From: a phage
Sequence record: PZ212788.1
Length of the DNA: 64,000 bases
Strand: one strand, 5' to 3'
Shown: in pieces, positions 1 through 8,470 of the stretch
How positions within the stretch are numbered: position 1 is the stretch's first letter
How the letters are laid out: every line of letters starts with the position of its first letter
Position numbers and translations under genes: made by a program
Notes under the pieces: model-generated
Seen by the model: only the letters and a program-made list of their open reading frames with translations
Database searches by the model: none
Told to the model about the DNA's origin: nothing

Positions 1-89
1 TCTTTATGATACTCTGTAGAGCCAAACCATAAATTAGGCTCAGTAACGCAGCGATCTGCAACAACACCTTTCCAGTTACGGTATTTCAT
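1..89 (-). CDS. hypothetical protein, partial (N-terminal 29 codons; gene continues past window start)
   Basis: Minus-strand ATG at 89 opens a frame (MKYRNWKGVVADRCVTEPNLW...) running off the window edge; abuts stop of the upstream minus gene. Confidence 0.3.
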   Translation of the reverse strand, partial: MKYRNWKGVVADRCVTEPNLWFGSTEYHK

Positions 90-681
90 CCTGATCAGGA
101 CTGAGTCGCAAGGATTGAATACCTTTTTCATCCCCATAGAAATCTCTCTCCTCAGTTTTCTTTATAAACTCCTGCATGTAGAACTCAATAGCCTCATGCT
201 TGGTGCACTCCGGATTAATGACAAGATTGAGATCTGATTCTGCTCGTGCAATGATCGTAGCTTTAGAGCATCTCCTCAAGAACTTTGTCATATCATCTCT
301 GTAGTTTTTGTGGAGCGGGAAGTCGCTGTAGTCTTTCTCCAGATAGTCAGCCATCCGGCGCAACGCCTCTGATAAACTGCAATCTGTATACTCGTTACAG
401 TATTTCATCCAGTATTTAAGCACATACCCCTCAAAGGTATTAGTGCATTGAGACAAAACACCCCTGCAACGACCAGTCAGATGATCATGATCTAAACAAG
501 GCTTACGAAGTGGCTCGCACAAGATTGGATCAAGACCATCCTGCTCCTCTGACAATTCTTTTCGAAAGTTGGCTATGTCCTTAGAATCTTTTAACCACCC
601 GTTATGAACGGGAGCTTTGACAGCTTTCTTTCTTATTTTACGCTTTGCGATAATCCCTCCAGATGCGCCCTGCCTATCCAA
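76..681 (-). CDS. Endonuclease VII-like (HNH-type) junction-resolving nuclease
   Basis: Motif CLDHDHLTGRCRGVLSQCTN matches the C..DHDH.TG..RG.L...CN zinc/HNH signature of T4 endo VII family; start overlaps upstream gene by 49 nt so true start uncertain. Confidence 0.55.
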   Translation of the reverse strand: MDRQGASGGIIAKRKIRKKAVKAPVHNGWLKDSKDIANFRKELSEEQDGLDPILCEPLRKPCLDHDHLTGRCRGVLSQCTNTFEGYVLKYWMKYCNEYTDCSLSEALRRMADYLEKDYSDFPLHKNYRDDMTKFLRRCSKATIIARAESDLNLVINPECTKHEAIEFYMQEFIKKTEERDFYGDEKGIQSLRLSPDQDEIP

Positions 682-1262
682 TAAGCATCTGCAAGATCGG
701 CCTTACCTTGTACCAAATTGATCCCATCTAGGAACCCAGGTTCAGATACTTCGCAGGCCTTAACCATCAACTTTTTATCCATCGTAACAGGTTTCTTCAC
801 AGTATGCTCTTTACCTGTCCTTTTGTCAAGCTTTTTCTTCTCCTCAAAAGCAAGTTCCTCAGGAAGATGACTACGAGCAAACTTTTTGGCAGTTGTTGGT
901 GTCACTGTGTGAACCTTAAACAGGCCGTCATTTTCACAATCAGCTAAAGCATCCCAAAGCATAACTTCGAGACCGTAAAACAACCCAGCCAGTTCACGTG
1001 TGGCATCCCCGCGTGATCCAAAGGAAAGCCCTTCCATAACCACGGTGTCAACGTGGTGCGTGTGGATATAATATCTGACCTGTTTGCAGATCCAGTCAAT
1101 ACGCTCAGCAGCTGTTGCAAAAGAAACCGTCCCTGGTTTCTTCTCTTTTGCAGATGAGCTTTGAGTTCGTAACACAACCTTGTGAACAGGCTTTCCATCG
1201 TCCCATACAACGCAAGCTGTGTGTGTCAACGACTGGTCTATGGATAATAGACGCTCTCTCAT
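633..1262 (-). CDS. putative RuvC-like Holliday junction resolvase
   Basis: RNase H-fold-like spacing of acidic residues (LSIDQS..., VVMEGLSFG, ADLADAYWIG); assignment from motif pattern only. Confidence 0.4.
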   Translation of the reverse strand: MRERLLSIDQSLTHTACVVWDDGKPVHKVVLRTQSSSAKEKKPGTVSFATAAERIDWICKQVRYYIHTHHVDTVVMEGLSFGSRGDATRELAGLFYGLEVMLWDALADCENDGLFKVHTVTPTTAKKFARSHLPEELAFEEKKKLDKRTGKEHTVKKPVTMDKKLMVKACEVSEPGFLDGINLVQGKADLADAYWIGRAHLEGLSQSVK

Positions 1263-1594
1263 GCTTCCTCATCCTCCTCTCCTTCATCAGGAGCATAAGC
1301 CTTATCTTTGAACAGGACGAGAGAGCAAAGCTTAACATCTGTTTCCACACTGGTGAACATGCATAACCGCTCGCCCTCAATCAGCTCACAATCCTCTTTT
1401 AAAACAGCAGACCATACACGGTCATCTGCGTAATCATCCGTGTACAGGATGTATGAAATGGTGTCATCTTCATACAACCGCCACATACCTGTGGCAACAA
1501 TAAATGTATTTTTTGTTTTAATGGCCCCTGTTGTATGATCATCCTCAAAAACAGCTTCCATGATTGCATTATCTACAGAATTTTTAGTCATCAA
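1259..1594 (-). CDS. hypothetical protein (acidic C-terminus)
   Basis: ORF in co-directional early operon, stop overlaps next start. Confidence 0.4.
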   Translation of the reverse strand: MMTKNSVDNAIMEAVFEDDHTTGAIKTKNTFIVATGMWRLYEDDTISYILYTDDYADDRVWSAVLKEDCELIEGERLCMFTSVETDVKLCSLVLFKDKAYAPDEGEEDEEA

Positions 1595-2730
1595 ATTGCT
1601 CCAACATTTCTAAGAACGTTAACAAGTTTTGTTTGATCATTGAATGTTCGCTTCATATACAAACAGTCAAAAATTATACTCATCCATTGACCTACGGAAA
1701 TTCTACGATCAACACCATTGAAGTCAGTATACTTAACAACACCTTTCGGGAACCACTTCTTGTACTGATCAATAATAGCCACCCACATCTCCTTTGGAGT
1801 GCTGCACTGAGACAGTAGGTAGAATGCTGAGGCATCCCCGAACTTACCCTTACCGATAAGTCCTTGATACGGCTTGATATTGTCAGCAGAGTCACCACAC
1901 AGCATTTGGTATCCGAAGAACAGCATTCCGTAACCACCAACCTCTCCATTAGGCTTCATGAAGATGTTCCCCATACCGTTATCGATCAGCATAGGGGTTT
2001 CCCTTACAAAATCTCCCTTATCGTTTCGCATGGGATCGAACACAAGCCCCGGTAGTGTTCTTTGGTCCTTATCAATAGAGATAATAAACTTGTTGAACTT
2101 ACCTGTTTTTTGGTAGTGGTTCCAACCTTCAAATTGCTGAATAGCTAACCAGTCGTCAGCCTCGATACCGTTGATCACTTGAGCATTATACTGCTTTTGG
2201 AGATACTGTCTTGCATCTCCAAGCAGCAGTGGTCGAAGAGTATTGTTACGGTTGGCCTTGTATCTTTCCGGCATTGGAAGATCTAGTCTGAAGTTACCTG
2301 TGCCTCCCAACACCCCGACACATCGCTCTTCCGGAATACCCAGATAGTTAAGAACTGCATTAGCTTTACACTTAATTGTGTGTAAGCAGTTCTCTACAGG
2401 ATCAGGGGTTTGGATATCCAAGACATCGAAATCTTCTCGTGTCCACGGAATAAACTCCTTGCCAGCCTTTTTACATGCAGCTTCACGGTTGGTATTCTCA
2501 GCTTTTAACCAACCTCCAACGGTGTTCTTCTGCCGCCCCCAGAACTCTGTTCGTGTTTTAAACATCTTCTTACGTCCGGAGGCTTTGTGTGTTACCTCAA
2601 TTGTCCTTTTTTCACAACTTGCTGCAGCTTGATATGCAACCTGATCGAAGTCATAATAAACTATAGCGTCAGGTTCAAGAAGATCAGCCAGACAATCTAT
2701 GGACTCAATAAGTGGATATTCTCTACTCAA
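1591..2730 (-). CDS. 5'-3' exonuclease / flap endonuclease (FEN, T5 D15-like)
   Basis: FEN motifs ERYKANR, NGIEADDWLA and H3TH-like GDSADNIKPYQGLIGKGK, comparable to T5 D15 EYKGNR / GVEADD / GDLGDNIRGVEGIGAK. Confidence 0.65.
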   Translation of the reverse strand: MSREYPLIESIDCLADLLEPDAIVYYDFDQVAYQAAASCEKRTIEVTHKASGRKKMFKTRTEFWGRQKNTVGGWLKAENTNREAACKKAGKEFIPWTREDFDVLDIQTPDPVENCLHTIKCKANAVLNYLGIPEERCVGVLGGTGNFRLDLPMPERYKANRNNTLRPLLLGDARQYLQKQYNAQVINGIEADDWLAIQQFEGWNHYQKTGKFNKFIISIDKDQRTLPGLVFDPMRNDKGDFVRETPMLIDNGMGNIFMKPNGEVGGYGMLFFGYQMLCGDSADNIKPYQGLIGKGKFGDASAFYLLSQCSTPKEMWVAIIDQYKKWFPKGVVKYTDFNGVDRRISVGQWMSIIFDCLYMKRTFNDQTKLVNVLRNVGAI

Positions 2731-3031
2731 AGACCCTCCTGTTAGTTATTCTGCAAGATGGTTGGATGCTGTAATGGAATGCATCATCACTCTCTGCAAT
2801 AAGTGACTCAACATCCCAATACTTTTCAAAAAGGAACGGATTAGACCCCCAGTGGTGGGTTATTTTCATCAAGGAGTCTGGTATCATATAACCACAGATC
2901 TTAATTACATCGCCAGGTTGAATTGTGTTTTCATGAAGGTTGCTTGCCTTCTTCAGAATCATACCTTTATGATTCTCGTTTGCATACAACTGGACAATAT
3001 CTTTATCTTCAACAATAAAAATTTTAAGCAT
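2723..3031 (-). CDS. hypothetical protein
   Basis: ORF in operon context. Confidence 0.4.
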   Translation of the reverse strand: MLKIFIVEDKDIVQLYANENHKGMILKKASNLHENTIQPGDVIKICGYMIPDSLMKITHHWGSNPFLFEKYWDVESLIAESDDAFHYSIQPSCRITNRRVFE

Positions 3032-3090
3032 ATCTAGTTCTCCTAGTTTATAGATATCTGACCGATAATATCAGATTAATAACACTTTTG

Positions 3091-3384
3091 TCAAGACTTT
3101 TTAGTCTTTCTTGGAGAGCTTTTTGTTGATCTTTTCCTTTTGTGGTAGATTCCAAGTGCAGCGTTTTCTTGGGCGCACGTTTTAACAGTTCTCAGAGAAG
3201 AACTTTCAGCTTTAGGCAGGTTTAACTCCCACCAACCGAGCCAGTAAAGTTCTGATTCCGACAGCTGCTCAGATTCAGCCTTCCGATACAATGATTGCAT
3301 ACCTCTAATGATGTCGTCCAGAGGTGTATCGAATACAAAAGCTGTCTTATCGAATTTCTCTTTTACAGGTCTCTTAGCCATCAA
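3091..3384 (-). CDS. hypothetical protein (basic C-terminal tail)
   Basis: ORF in operon context. Confidence 0.4.
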   Translation of the reverse strand: MMAKRPVKEKFDKTAFVFDTPLDDIIRGMQSLYRKAESEQLSESELYWLGWWELNLPKAESSSLRTVKTCAQENAALGIYHKRKRSTKSSPRKTKKS

Positions 3385-3889
3385 GGTAACCCTCTATCCA
3401 CGAAAAGTCAGTCTTCCATTCTGGAACTTTACTAAGCTCACGCCACTCTGCAAAGCAGTCTCGGTAATACGCCTCTGCCATACTCTTGGTGATCTTATTC
3501 ACCTTAGCCAACTGATTAACTGCCTGAGCATACTTTCCACGGATATTTGCTAACCCAGGATGCACCGATGTGTGACAATCTGGGCACAACGCTATCAGTC
3601 CGACAAGCCGGATCACTCCCTCTTCGAAAGTGTAAAGTTCATGACACTCCACTGGGTGTTTGCTGCCTTTACCGCCGCACACCTCACAAGTGTAGTTGGC
3701 TTCTCTATAGCACTTCTTACGTATCTTATCCCACTCACTCTTCGTCACAGAGTTTCGGAGGTTATTATACCAAGCTGTTTCTGGGATCAGTTGCACAATA
3801 AGCCTGCGTTCAGACTTCATTAAACGTCCGTCTTCCACGTGTTCTCCCTCATTCAAAGAAATGGGTGCGAGGGCAGGAACCTGCCTCAC
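3374..3889 (-). CDS. zinc-finger protein, HNH-like
   Basis: CEVCGG...ECHELY...LCPDCH cysteine/histidine cluster. Confidence 0.35.
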   Translation of the reverse strand: MRQVPALAPISLNEGEHVEDGRLMKSERRLIVQLIPETAWYNNLRNSVTKSEWDKIRKKCYREANYTCEVCGGKGSKHPVECHELYTFEEGVIRLVGLIALCPDCHTSVHPGLANIRGKYAQAVNQLAKVNKITKSMAEAYYRDCFAEWRELSKVPEWKTDFSWIEGYLDG

Positions 3890-4055
3890 CTTGTTTCACA
3901 AGCTCGTAGAGCTCACCTTGACTTGTCTCATAAAGGCAAATACGTTTACCATTGTCCCGATATACATCGACAAGATACGCTGTTTCACCTGCAAACACGA
4001 CACCACAGGACAGACATGCTACCATGAACAAAATTGCCAACAGAAAATCTTTCAT
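3849..4055 (-). CDS. small lipoprotein
   Basis: N-terminal signal MKDFLLAILFMVACLSCG with lipobox L-S-C; AGGAGGG RBS 7 nt upstream; immediately downstream of endolysin; overlaps 3374..3889 by 41 nt. Confidence 0.45.
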   Translation of the reverse strand: MKDFLLAILFMVACLSCGVVFAGETAYLVDVYRDNGKRICLYETSQGELYELVKQGEAGSCPRTHFFE

Positions 4056-4086
4056 GGTTAAGCCCTCCTAAACATTTTATGAGGTA

Positions 4087-4115
4087 ACAATACCACGTCC
4101 GTGTGGTTATGTCAA
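4087..4115 (-). promoter_or_regulatory. sigma70-like promoter (TTGACA-N17-TATTGT) for lipoprotein gene
   Basis: Minus-strand reading TTGACA taaccacacggacgtgg TATTGT just upstream of RBS/ATG at 4055. Confidence 0.4.
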
Positions 4116-4118
4116 TGA

Positions 4119-4589
4119 TCAATCAAGGACAACACCGCCTGCCTTTTTAAACACCTCGATCAACTTCTCGATCTTCTGTTCATGCTGACCATATCCAGCA
4201 CCAGGTAACGAAGCCCAGCGGGAACGGCATTTATGGATAGCCTCGTGGATACGCCCTTCGTCAATGTCGGCGAGAGCCTTGCACTCACGGATCAGTTGCA
4301 ACGCAATCTTGTCCTGACTGGCGGGGCCAAAATCTGGCAATCCTAACTGTTCCATGTAGTGTTTAGCAAACTTCTCCAAAACCTGGTAACGACCAGCAGC
4401 GGAGGAGGTAAGTTTAGCATTTAGCTTAACGTACACACCTGGATGCTTGCTGTAATCGCTAAACAGCTTGCCACCAACTATGACATCGTATCCCCGATCC
4501 TTAGTGGGTTGCCTACCATTATCTGTGCCTTCCGAATATGCGATCATGTCCAAGAAAGCTTTTCGTTGAACATTTTTATCAAGTTTCAT
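4119..4589 (-). CDS. R: endolysin, lambda R-like lytic transglycosylase
   Basis: Near-colinear with lambda R: QRKAFLDM, YSEGTDNGRQPT, GYDVIVGG, ASLPGAGYGQHE, FKKAGG. Confidence 0.85.
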   Translation of the reverse strand: MKLDKNVQRKAFLDMIAYSEGTDNGRQPTKDRGYDVIVGGKLFSDYSKHPGVYVKLNAKLTSSAAGRYQVLEKFAKHYMEQLGLPDFGPASQDKIALQLIRECKALADIDEGRIHEAIHKCRSRWASLPGAGYGQHEQKIEKLIEVFKKAGGVVLD

Positions 4590-4712
4590 TTTTCATACTC
4601 TCCAGTTTACTCATAACTAACACGATCAACAACACTACACAGTGTGGTTATGTAGGTGCCGATTGAAAACCATCATTCAATTGGCTACCGTTACCTACTG
4701 AACCTTCCTACA

Positions 4713-5996
4713 TCATTCAAGCACCTCCCAAGTGTCTGGGTTAACATTTCGGACGCAGATACCGACAGGGAATTGGTAGTTGTTGTCTTCTGTCCTTGCT
4801 TGGTATTTGAAGGTGACAAACTTGCCGATCATTTCCTGCATCCTGTCATAGCTACGCTCCTCGTGCGTGCCTTTCATCTTCATTTTAACAACAACACCTT
4901 CCTTGTCAACACAGATAAGAACACCTTCATCATTCTTATCTTTCTCAACGTCAATAACTTTCACCTCTGCGTCGTTGAACTTTTTCCATTTCAATGCTTC
5001 AGATGTTCGCTGACCATACTCATATTTACCGCAGAAATTACGCATGATAGTACCTTCATATCCTTCGGACATGAATATACCAACAGATTCTTCGCAATGA
5101 TCAACTGTGTACGCAAGCTCTGCGTCAACAACCTTGATATGATCAAGCATCAGAGTGGTAACGGTATCCTCTGCATCCATAAGATCCTTGCAGCGTCCAG
5201 ACTCTGTTTCTGGATCCCACCACACCTTGTCGCTAGGAATATCAAAAATGTGATACTCCAGATCGTAGCTACAGTATCCACCGTAACGCAAATCATCACG
5301 AACAGGCTCAACATCGACAGGAATATCTACCTTGTTGAAGTTTTTGTATGTTGATAAGCCTGCCTTAATTGCTGCATGACGGCGTTTTTTATCTGCCTCA
5401 TAGTCTTTATCGATCTCGGCCTGAATCTCTTCCTGTGTGCGCCACCGTTTAGCAAGAGACACTATTTTCTGCAAAGGAAGACCATGAATGTATAGTTCCC
5501 CATCAAGTTGTTTAATCCCAGTGGTAGAATGGAAAGAACGAAGTTGCTCTAAAAGCTTTCCTTGAATAGGGTAGGACTTATTACCACGGGAAATAAATTT
5601 AGGCTCACCATTTTGGAAAACAACAAGCAGACGAAGGCCATCTAACTTACGCAAGATCCAGCAAGGTAATTTAAGTGCCTTGCCACGCTTCAGGTAGTCA
5701 TGCACCAGCATAGGTAAAAGATCAACACCCTGCTCGCAATCTTCCATGTTTTCAACATACCCCAGACGGACTTGTTTTTCCCACTTGCTGATAGCCTCAA
5801 GCTCGGCCTGTTGCTCAGCTGTAGTCTCGTTGGCACGACCTACGTTTTTAGGTGTACATACCGTCTCTTTGTACTGCAATTTACCGTCAAGCTTGCCAAA
5901 CTCTACGATAACCTTTTCGCCATCAGTGAATACTTTCCACTGTTGGTAGCTGCCATCTTTGTTCAGTGCGTACAGTGTTGTTTTGATTTGATGCAT
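4713..5996 (-). CDS. ATP-dependent DNA ligase
   Basis: Adenylation motif I KLDGLR, motif IV-like EGTIMR, motif V-like KWKKF; 427 aa. Confidence 0.8.
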   Translation of the reverse strand: MHQIKTTLYALNKDGSYQQWKVFTDGEKVIVEFGKLDGKLQYKETVCTPKNVGRANETTAEQQAELEAISKWEKQVRLGYVENMEDCEQGVDLLPMLVHDYLKRGKALKLPCWILRKLDGLRLLVVFQNGEPKFISRGNKSYPIQGKLLEQLRSFHSTTGIKQLDGELYIHGLPLQKIVSLAKRWRTQEEIQAEIDKDYEADKKRRHAAIKAGLSTYKNFNKVDIPVDVEPVRDDLRYGGYCSYDLEYHIFDIPSDKVWWDPETESGRCKDLMDAEDTVTTLMLDHIKVVDAELAYTVDHCEESVGIFMSEGYEGTIMRNFCGKYEYGQRTSEALKWKKFNDAEVKVIDVEKDKNDEGVLICVDKEGVVVKMKMKGTHEERSYDRMQEMIGKFVTFKYQARTEDNNYQFPVGICVRNVNPDTWEVLE

Positions 5997-6265
5997 TACT
6001 CGGCCTCTTCCTTAAAAATTTTAAACATCTCTTCTTTACTCATTACCAACCAGTCTCCCATAAAGTCAACTAACCAATCTCCCTGGTACAAAACCAAGTT
6101 GCCAAACGGCTCAACAAGCTCACACATGCGACGAATATCTCTGGTCCGAACAGGTGACGATGTAAACACACCTGTATCAATCCACCGTTGCAGATCAGAT
6201 ACTGATGAAGAGCTTCCATCAAACTGGTGTGCTTCTACAGGTTTAGCAAGATTAAATAACGGCAT
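5996..6265 (-). CDS. hypothetical protein
   Basis: ORF, start overlaps stop of upstream gene. Confidence 0.4.
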   Translation of the reverse strand: MPLFNLAKPVEAHQFDGSSSSVSDLQRWIDTGVFTSSPVRTRDIRRMCELVEPFGNLVLYQGDWLVDFMGDWLVMSKEEMFKIFKEEAE

Positions 6266-6560
6266 TGCAGTCCTCCTTCTGTAGTAGGTCTTTTATAGGA
6301 TAAACAAGTAAGTGTGGATCGGAATAACGTATAGTCCTATTCTGCCACACTATGAACTTTATTACAACCAAATTTACAATATCTTTATCACCATGTAGCC
6401 CAACACACACATTTGTCCATATTTTGTGGTTGAAGATCTTGCTATCGATGTAGATTTTAGTGTCAAACTTATCTTCCATTCTACCTATAAGTTTGATCAG
6501 CTCCTTCATCTGGTCGCCAAACACAGCATCTTTTTCAAGATCTCTGGAATGCTTGTACAT
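6252..6560 (-). CDS. hypothetical protein
   Basis: ORF in operon context. Confidence 0.4.
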   Translation of the reverse strand: MYKHSRDLEKDAVFGDQMKELIKLIGRMEDKFDTKIYIDSKIFNHKIWTNVCVGLHGDKDIVNLVVIKFIVWQNRTIRYSDPHLLVYPIKDLLQKEDCNAVI

Positions 6561-6598
6561 AACTAACTACCTCACTGCATACTTTCCATAATAAGTAA

Positions 6599-6616
6599 AG
6601 CCGGGTAATCCCGGCT
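6599..6616 (-). terminator. hairpin terminator after gene 6623..7336
   Basis: AGCCGGG-TAAT-CCCGGCT stem-loop followed on minus strand by U-rich tract. Confidence 0.45.
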
Positions 6617-6622
6617 ATGTTG

Positions 6623-7336
6623 TTAAATATACTCTGTTACATCCTTGAAGCTCGAAGGCTTCATAATCTTACCTTTACTGTCAAGGAATATAATAACTTT
6701 ATTACCGTTGTAGAACTCCTCTTTAGCAACGAAACCTTCGTAGCGACCACCAAAACGACGCTCAAGATCTTCAATCTCTAACTCTATGAGCAATTCAGTA
6801 GACATATCTGCACTGGCACCGTGAGAATATCGTAGATGGTTGATCCGTGCAAACTTGCTGTCATTAGATTTGAGAACCTTCCGCATCATCCCACACACAT
6901 CGCCGCGAAGCTGGAACAGCAAAGCTGTTGACAACTCCGCTAAGCGGTAAGCTGACGCTCTTTGCTTGGATGTGTTTTTCGCAGCGATCAGTGTATCATA
7001 GAACTCACCGATCTTGAACTTAAGACCTCGTGGATTATCAAACAGGTTTGACCACTTTTCGTGATTATCATTAACAAGATAAGCGGCATAACTTGTGACA
7101 ACGTGAAGATCGCAGGCCTCTTTTAGCAGGTGATCTCCACCATCACCTTTCTCCAGCTCTTCCAAAACCTCATTGAACTCTTCCTCAATGAAGCTAAGCT
7201 GTAATTCGAATGGTGTGTATGATTTTTTCACTTTAGCTGCCACACGGTTCCAGTTTTCCACCCAGTTGGCAGACCAAAGGTAGTTTTCAGGCTGAGACAG
7301 TTTTTCCAGGTTGTCGATCAGTTTAGTATTCAGCAT
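6623..7336 (-). CDS. hypothetical protein; possible all-alpha NTP pyrophosphohydrolase (MazG/dimeric dUTPase-like)
   Basis: EExxE-rich helix FIEEEFNEVLEELEKGDGGDHLLKEACD resembles MazG-type metal-binding helix; weak. Confidence 0.3.
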   Translation of the reverse strand: MLNTKLIDNLEKLSQPENYLWSANWVENWNRVAAKVKKSYTPFELQLSFIEEEFNEVLEELEKGDGGDHLLKEACDLHVVTSYAAYLVNDNHEKWSNLFDNPRGLKFKIGEFYDTLIAAKNTSKQRASAYRLAELSTALLFQLRGDVCGMMRKVLKSNDSKFARINHLRYSHGASADMSTELLIELEIEDLERRFGGRYEGFVAKEEFYNGNKVIIFLDSKGKIMKPSSFKDVTEYI

Positions 7337-7349
7337 TAAAGGTCTCCTT

Positions 7350-8111
7350 TTAAAGTTCCATAAAGTTTTCTACAGTTTCAATAAATGCTTTATCAGAGAA
7401 AGCGTCAACAGCACCGTTAAACCATACAGGGATCCCGCGATCCTCATATTGATAAAGGTCGCTACGTGAAATGCCACTTCCATCTGCACTCTGCGAATCA
7501 TACTTGTTTACAATCAGCAGTTTTGTGCCTTTACAAGTAGCAGGAAACAATTCCCAGTTAAAATTAATAACTGTGTTAGAACAACCTACCAGGATCACCA
7601 TATCATTGCTTGTGAGAGATGTCAACAGGTCATACATGTCTGTATACTTAGGAGCAACCTCACCGAAGAACACTACATTGGGCTTAACCCAGGTATACTT
7701 GCCTGTATCTACCTCCGTGTATCCGATATTTTTAATTACATCATTACCTTCAGCATCTTCGTAGGTGATTTCAGGCAAATACCCGTGGACATGTAAAATA
7801 TCTTCATGTTTTACACCAGCACGCTCCAGCAAATCATCTACATTGGTAGTAAGGTTGATCACACGACCAGACCAGCGGGAATACCACTCAGCGATCCGAA
7901 GATGTGCAAGGTTAGGATCAACACTGCCCAGAGCTACACGACGTGCATTGTAAAAGTCATGCACCTTATAGTAGTTCTTGGCAAAGGTGTGGATGTTGCA
8001 CACCTCATCGATGCTGAAATTCTCCCACATTGCAGTGCTACCAGATCGGAAAGTGGGAATACCAGATTCAGCGCTCAAACCAGCACCGGAGATAATAATC
8101 AGTCGTCGCAT
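7350..8111 (-). CDS. Sir2 (sirtuin) family NAD-dependent protein
   Basis: Sirtuin motifs ISGAGLSAESGIPTFRS, TTNVDDLLERAG, HVHG, PNVVFFGE; no four-cysteine zinc ribbon. Confidence 0.75.
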   Translation of the reverse strand: MRRLIIISGAGLSAESGIPTFRSGSTAMWENFSIDEVCNIHTFAKNYYKVHDFYNARRVALGSVDPNLAHLRIAEWYSRWSGRVINLTTNVDDLLERAGVKHEDILHVHGYLPEITYEDAEGNDVIKNIGYTEVDTGKYTWVKPNVVFFGEVAPKYTDMYDLLTSLTSNDMVILVGCSNTVINFNWELFPATCKGTKLLIVNKYDSQSADGSGISRSDLYQYEDRGIPVWFNGAVDAFSDKAFIETVENFMEL

Positions 8112-8119
8112 AAGTGTCC

Positions 8120-8470
8120 TCAGTAGATGTTTTGTTTAATCTCTATTCCAAACTTCTTGAATGAGTCAGCAGCAAGCATAAATTTACGAGCTGCCGATGG
8201 ATTAGAAGTATGCACGAAAATAATCACGTTGTCAATAAGTGGTGGCTTTCCGAATACAAGTTTCTCCTCTAGCGCAGAGAAGCAGTCGTACCCTTCAAGC
8301 ACTTCACCTAGATCATTGTCAAAATGCCACTCAGAAACGCGCCTGTAGAGCTTTCTATTATCGTTAATAAAATCCATGAACTCAGAAGAGTTCTTCAGCC
8401 AAAGAGCATCTTGGATTCCGTAATTTGACGGATCTCTCAAGTCATCTAGCCACACAATCAACTTCTTCAT
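8120..8470 (-). CDS. REC/flavodoxin-like small protein, translationally coupled to RNA ligase
   Basis: ATGA start/stop overlap with RNA ligase; KLIVWLDD, HFDNDLG, IFVHTSNP resemble receiver-like fold; function inferred from context. Confidence 0.4.
   Translation of the reverse strand: MKKLIVWLDDLRDPSNYGIQDALWLKNSSEFMDFINDNRKLYRRVSEWHFDNDLGEVLEGYDCFSALEEKLVFGKPPLIDNVIIFVHTSNPSAARKFMLAADSFKKFGIEIKQNIY

Noticed and set aside
944-1380. Nested ORFs 944..1210, 1105..1380 (minus) and 1115..1366 (plus)
   Set aside because: They overlap the better-supported genes 633..1262 and 1259..1594 in other frames with no independent signals.
3093-3108. AAGACT-TTTT-AGTCTT hairpin as a terminator
   Set aside because: It lies inside the 3' end of ORF 3091..3384 and is not followed by a U-tract on the transcribed strand.
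4101-4656. Exact 12-mer GTGTGGTTATGT on both sides of the endolysin gene
   Set aside because: Exact 12-mer matches are expected by chance many times in 64 kb and the flanks do not extend the similarity; only the copy at 4101 coincides with a plausible promoter.
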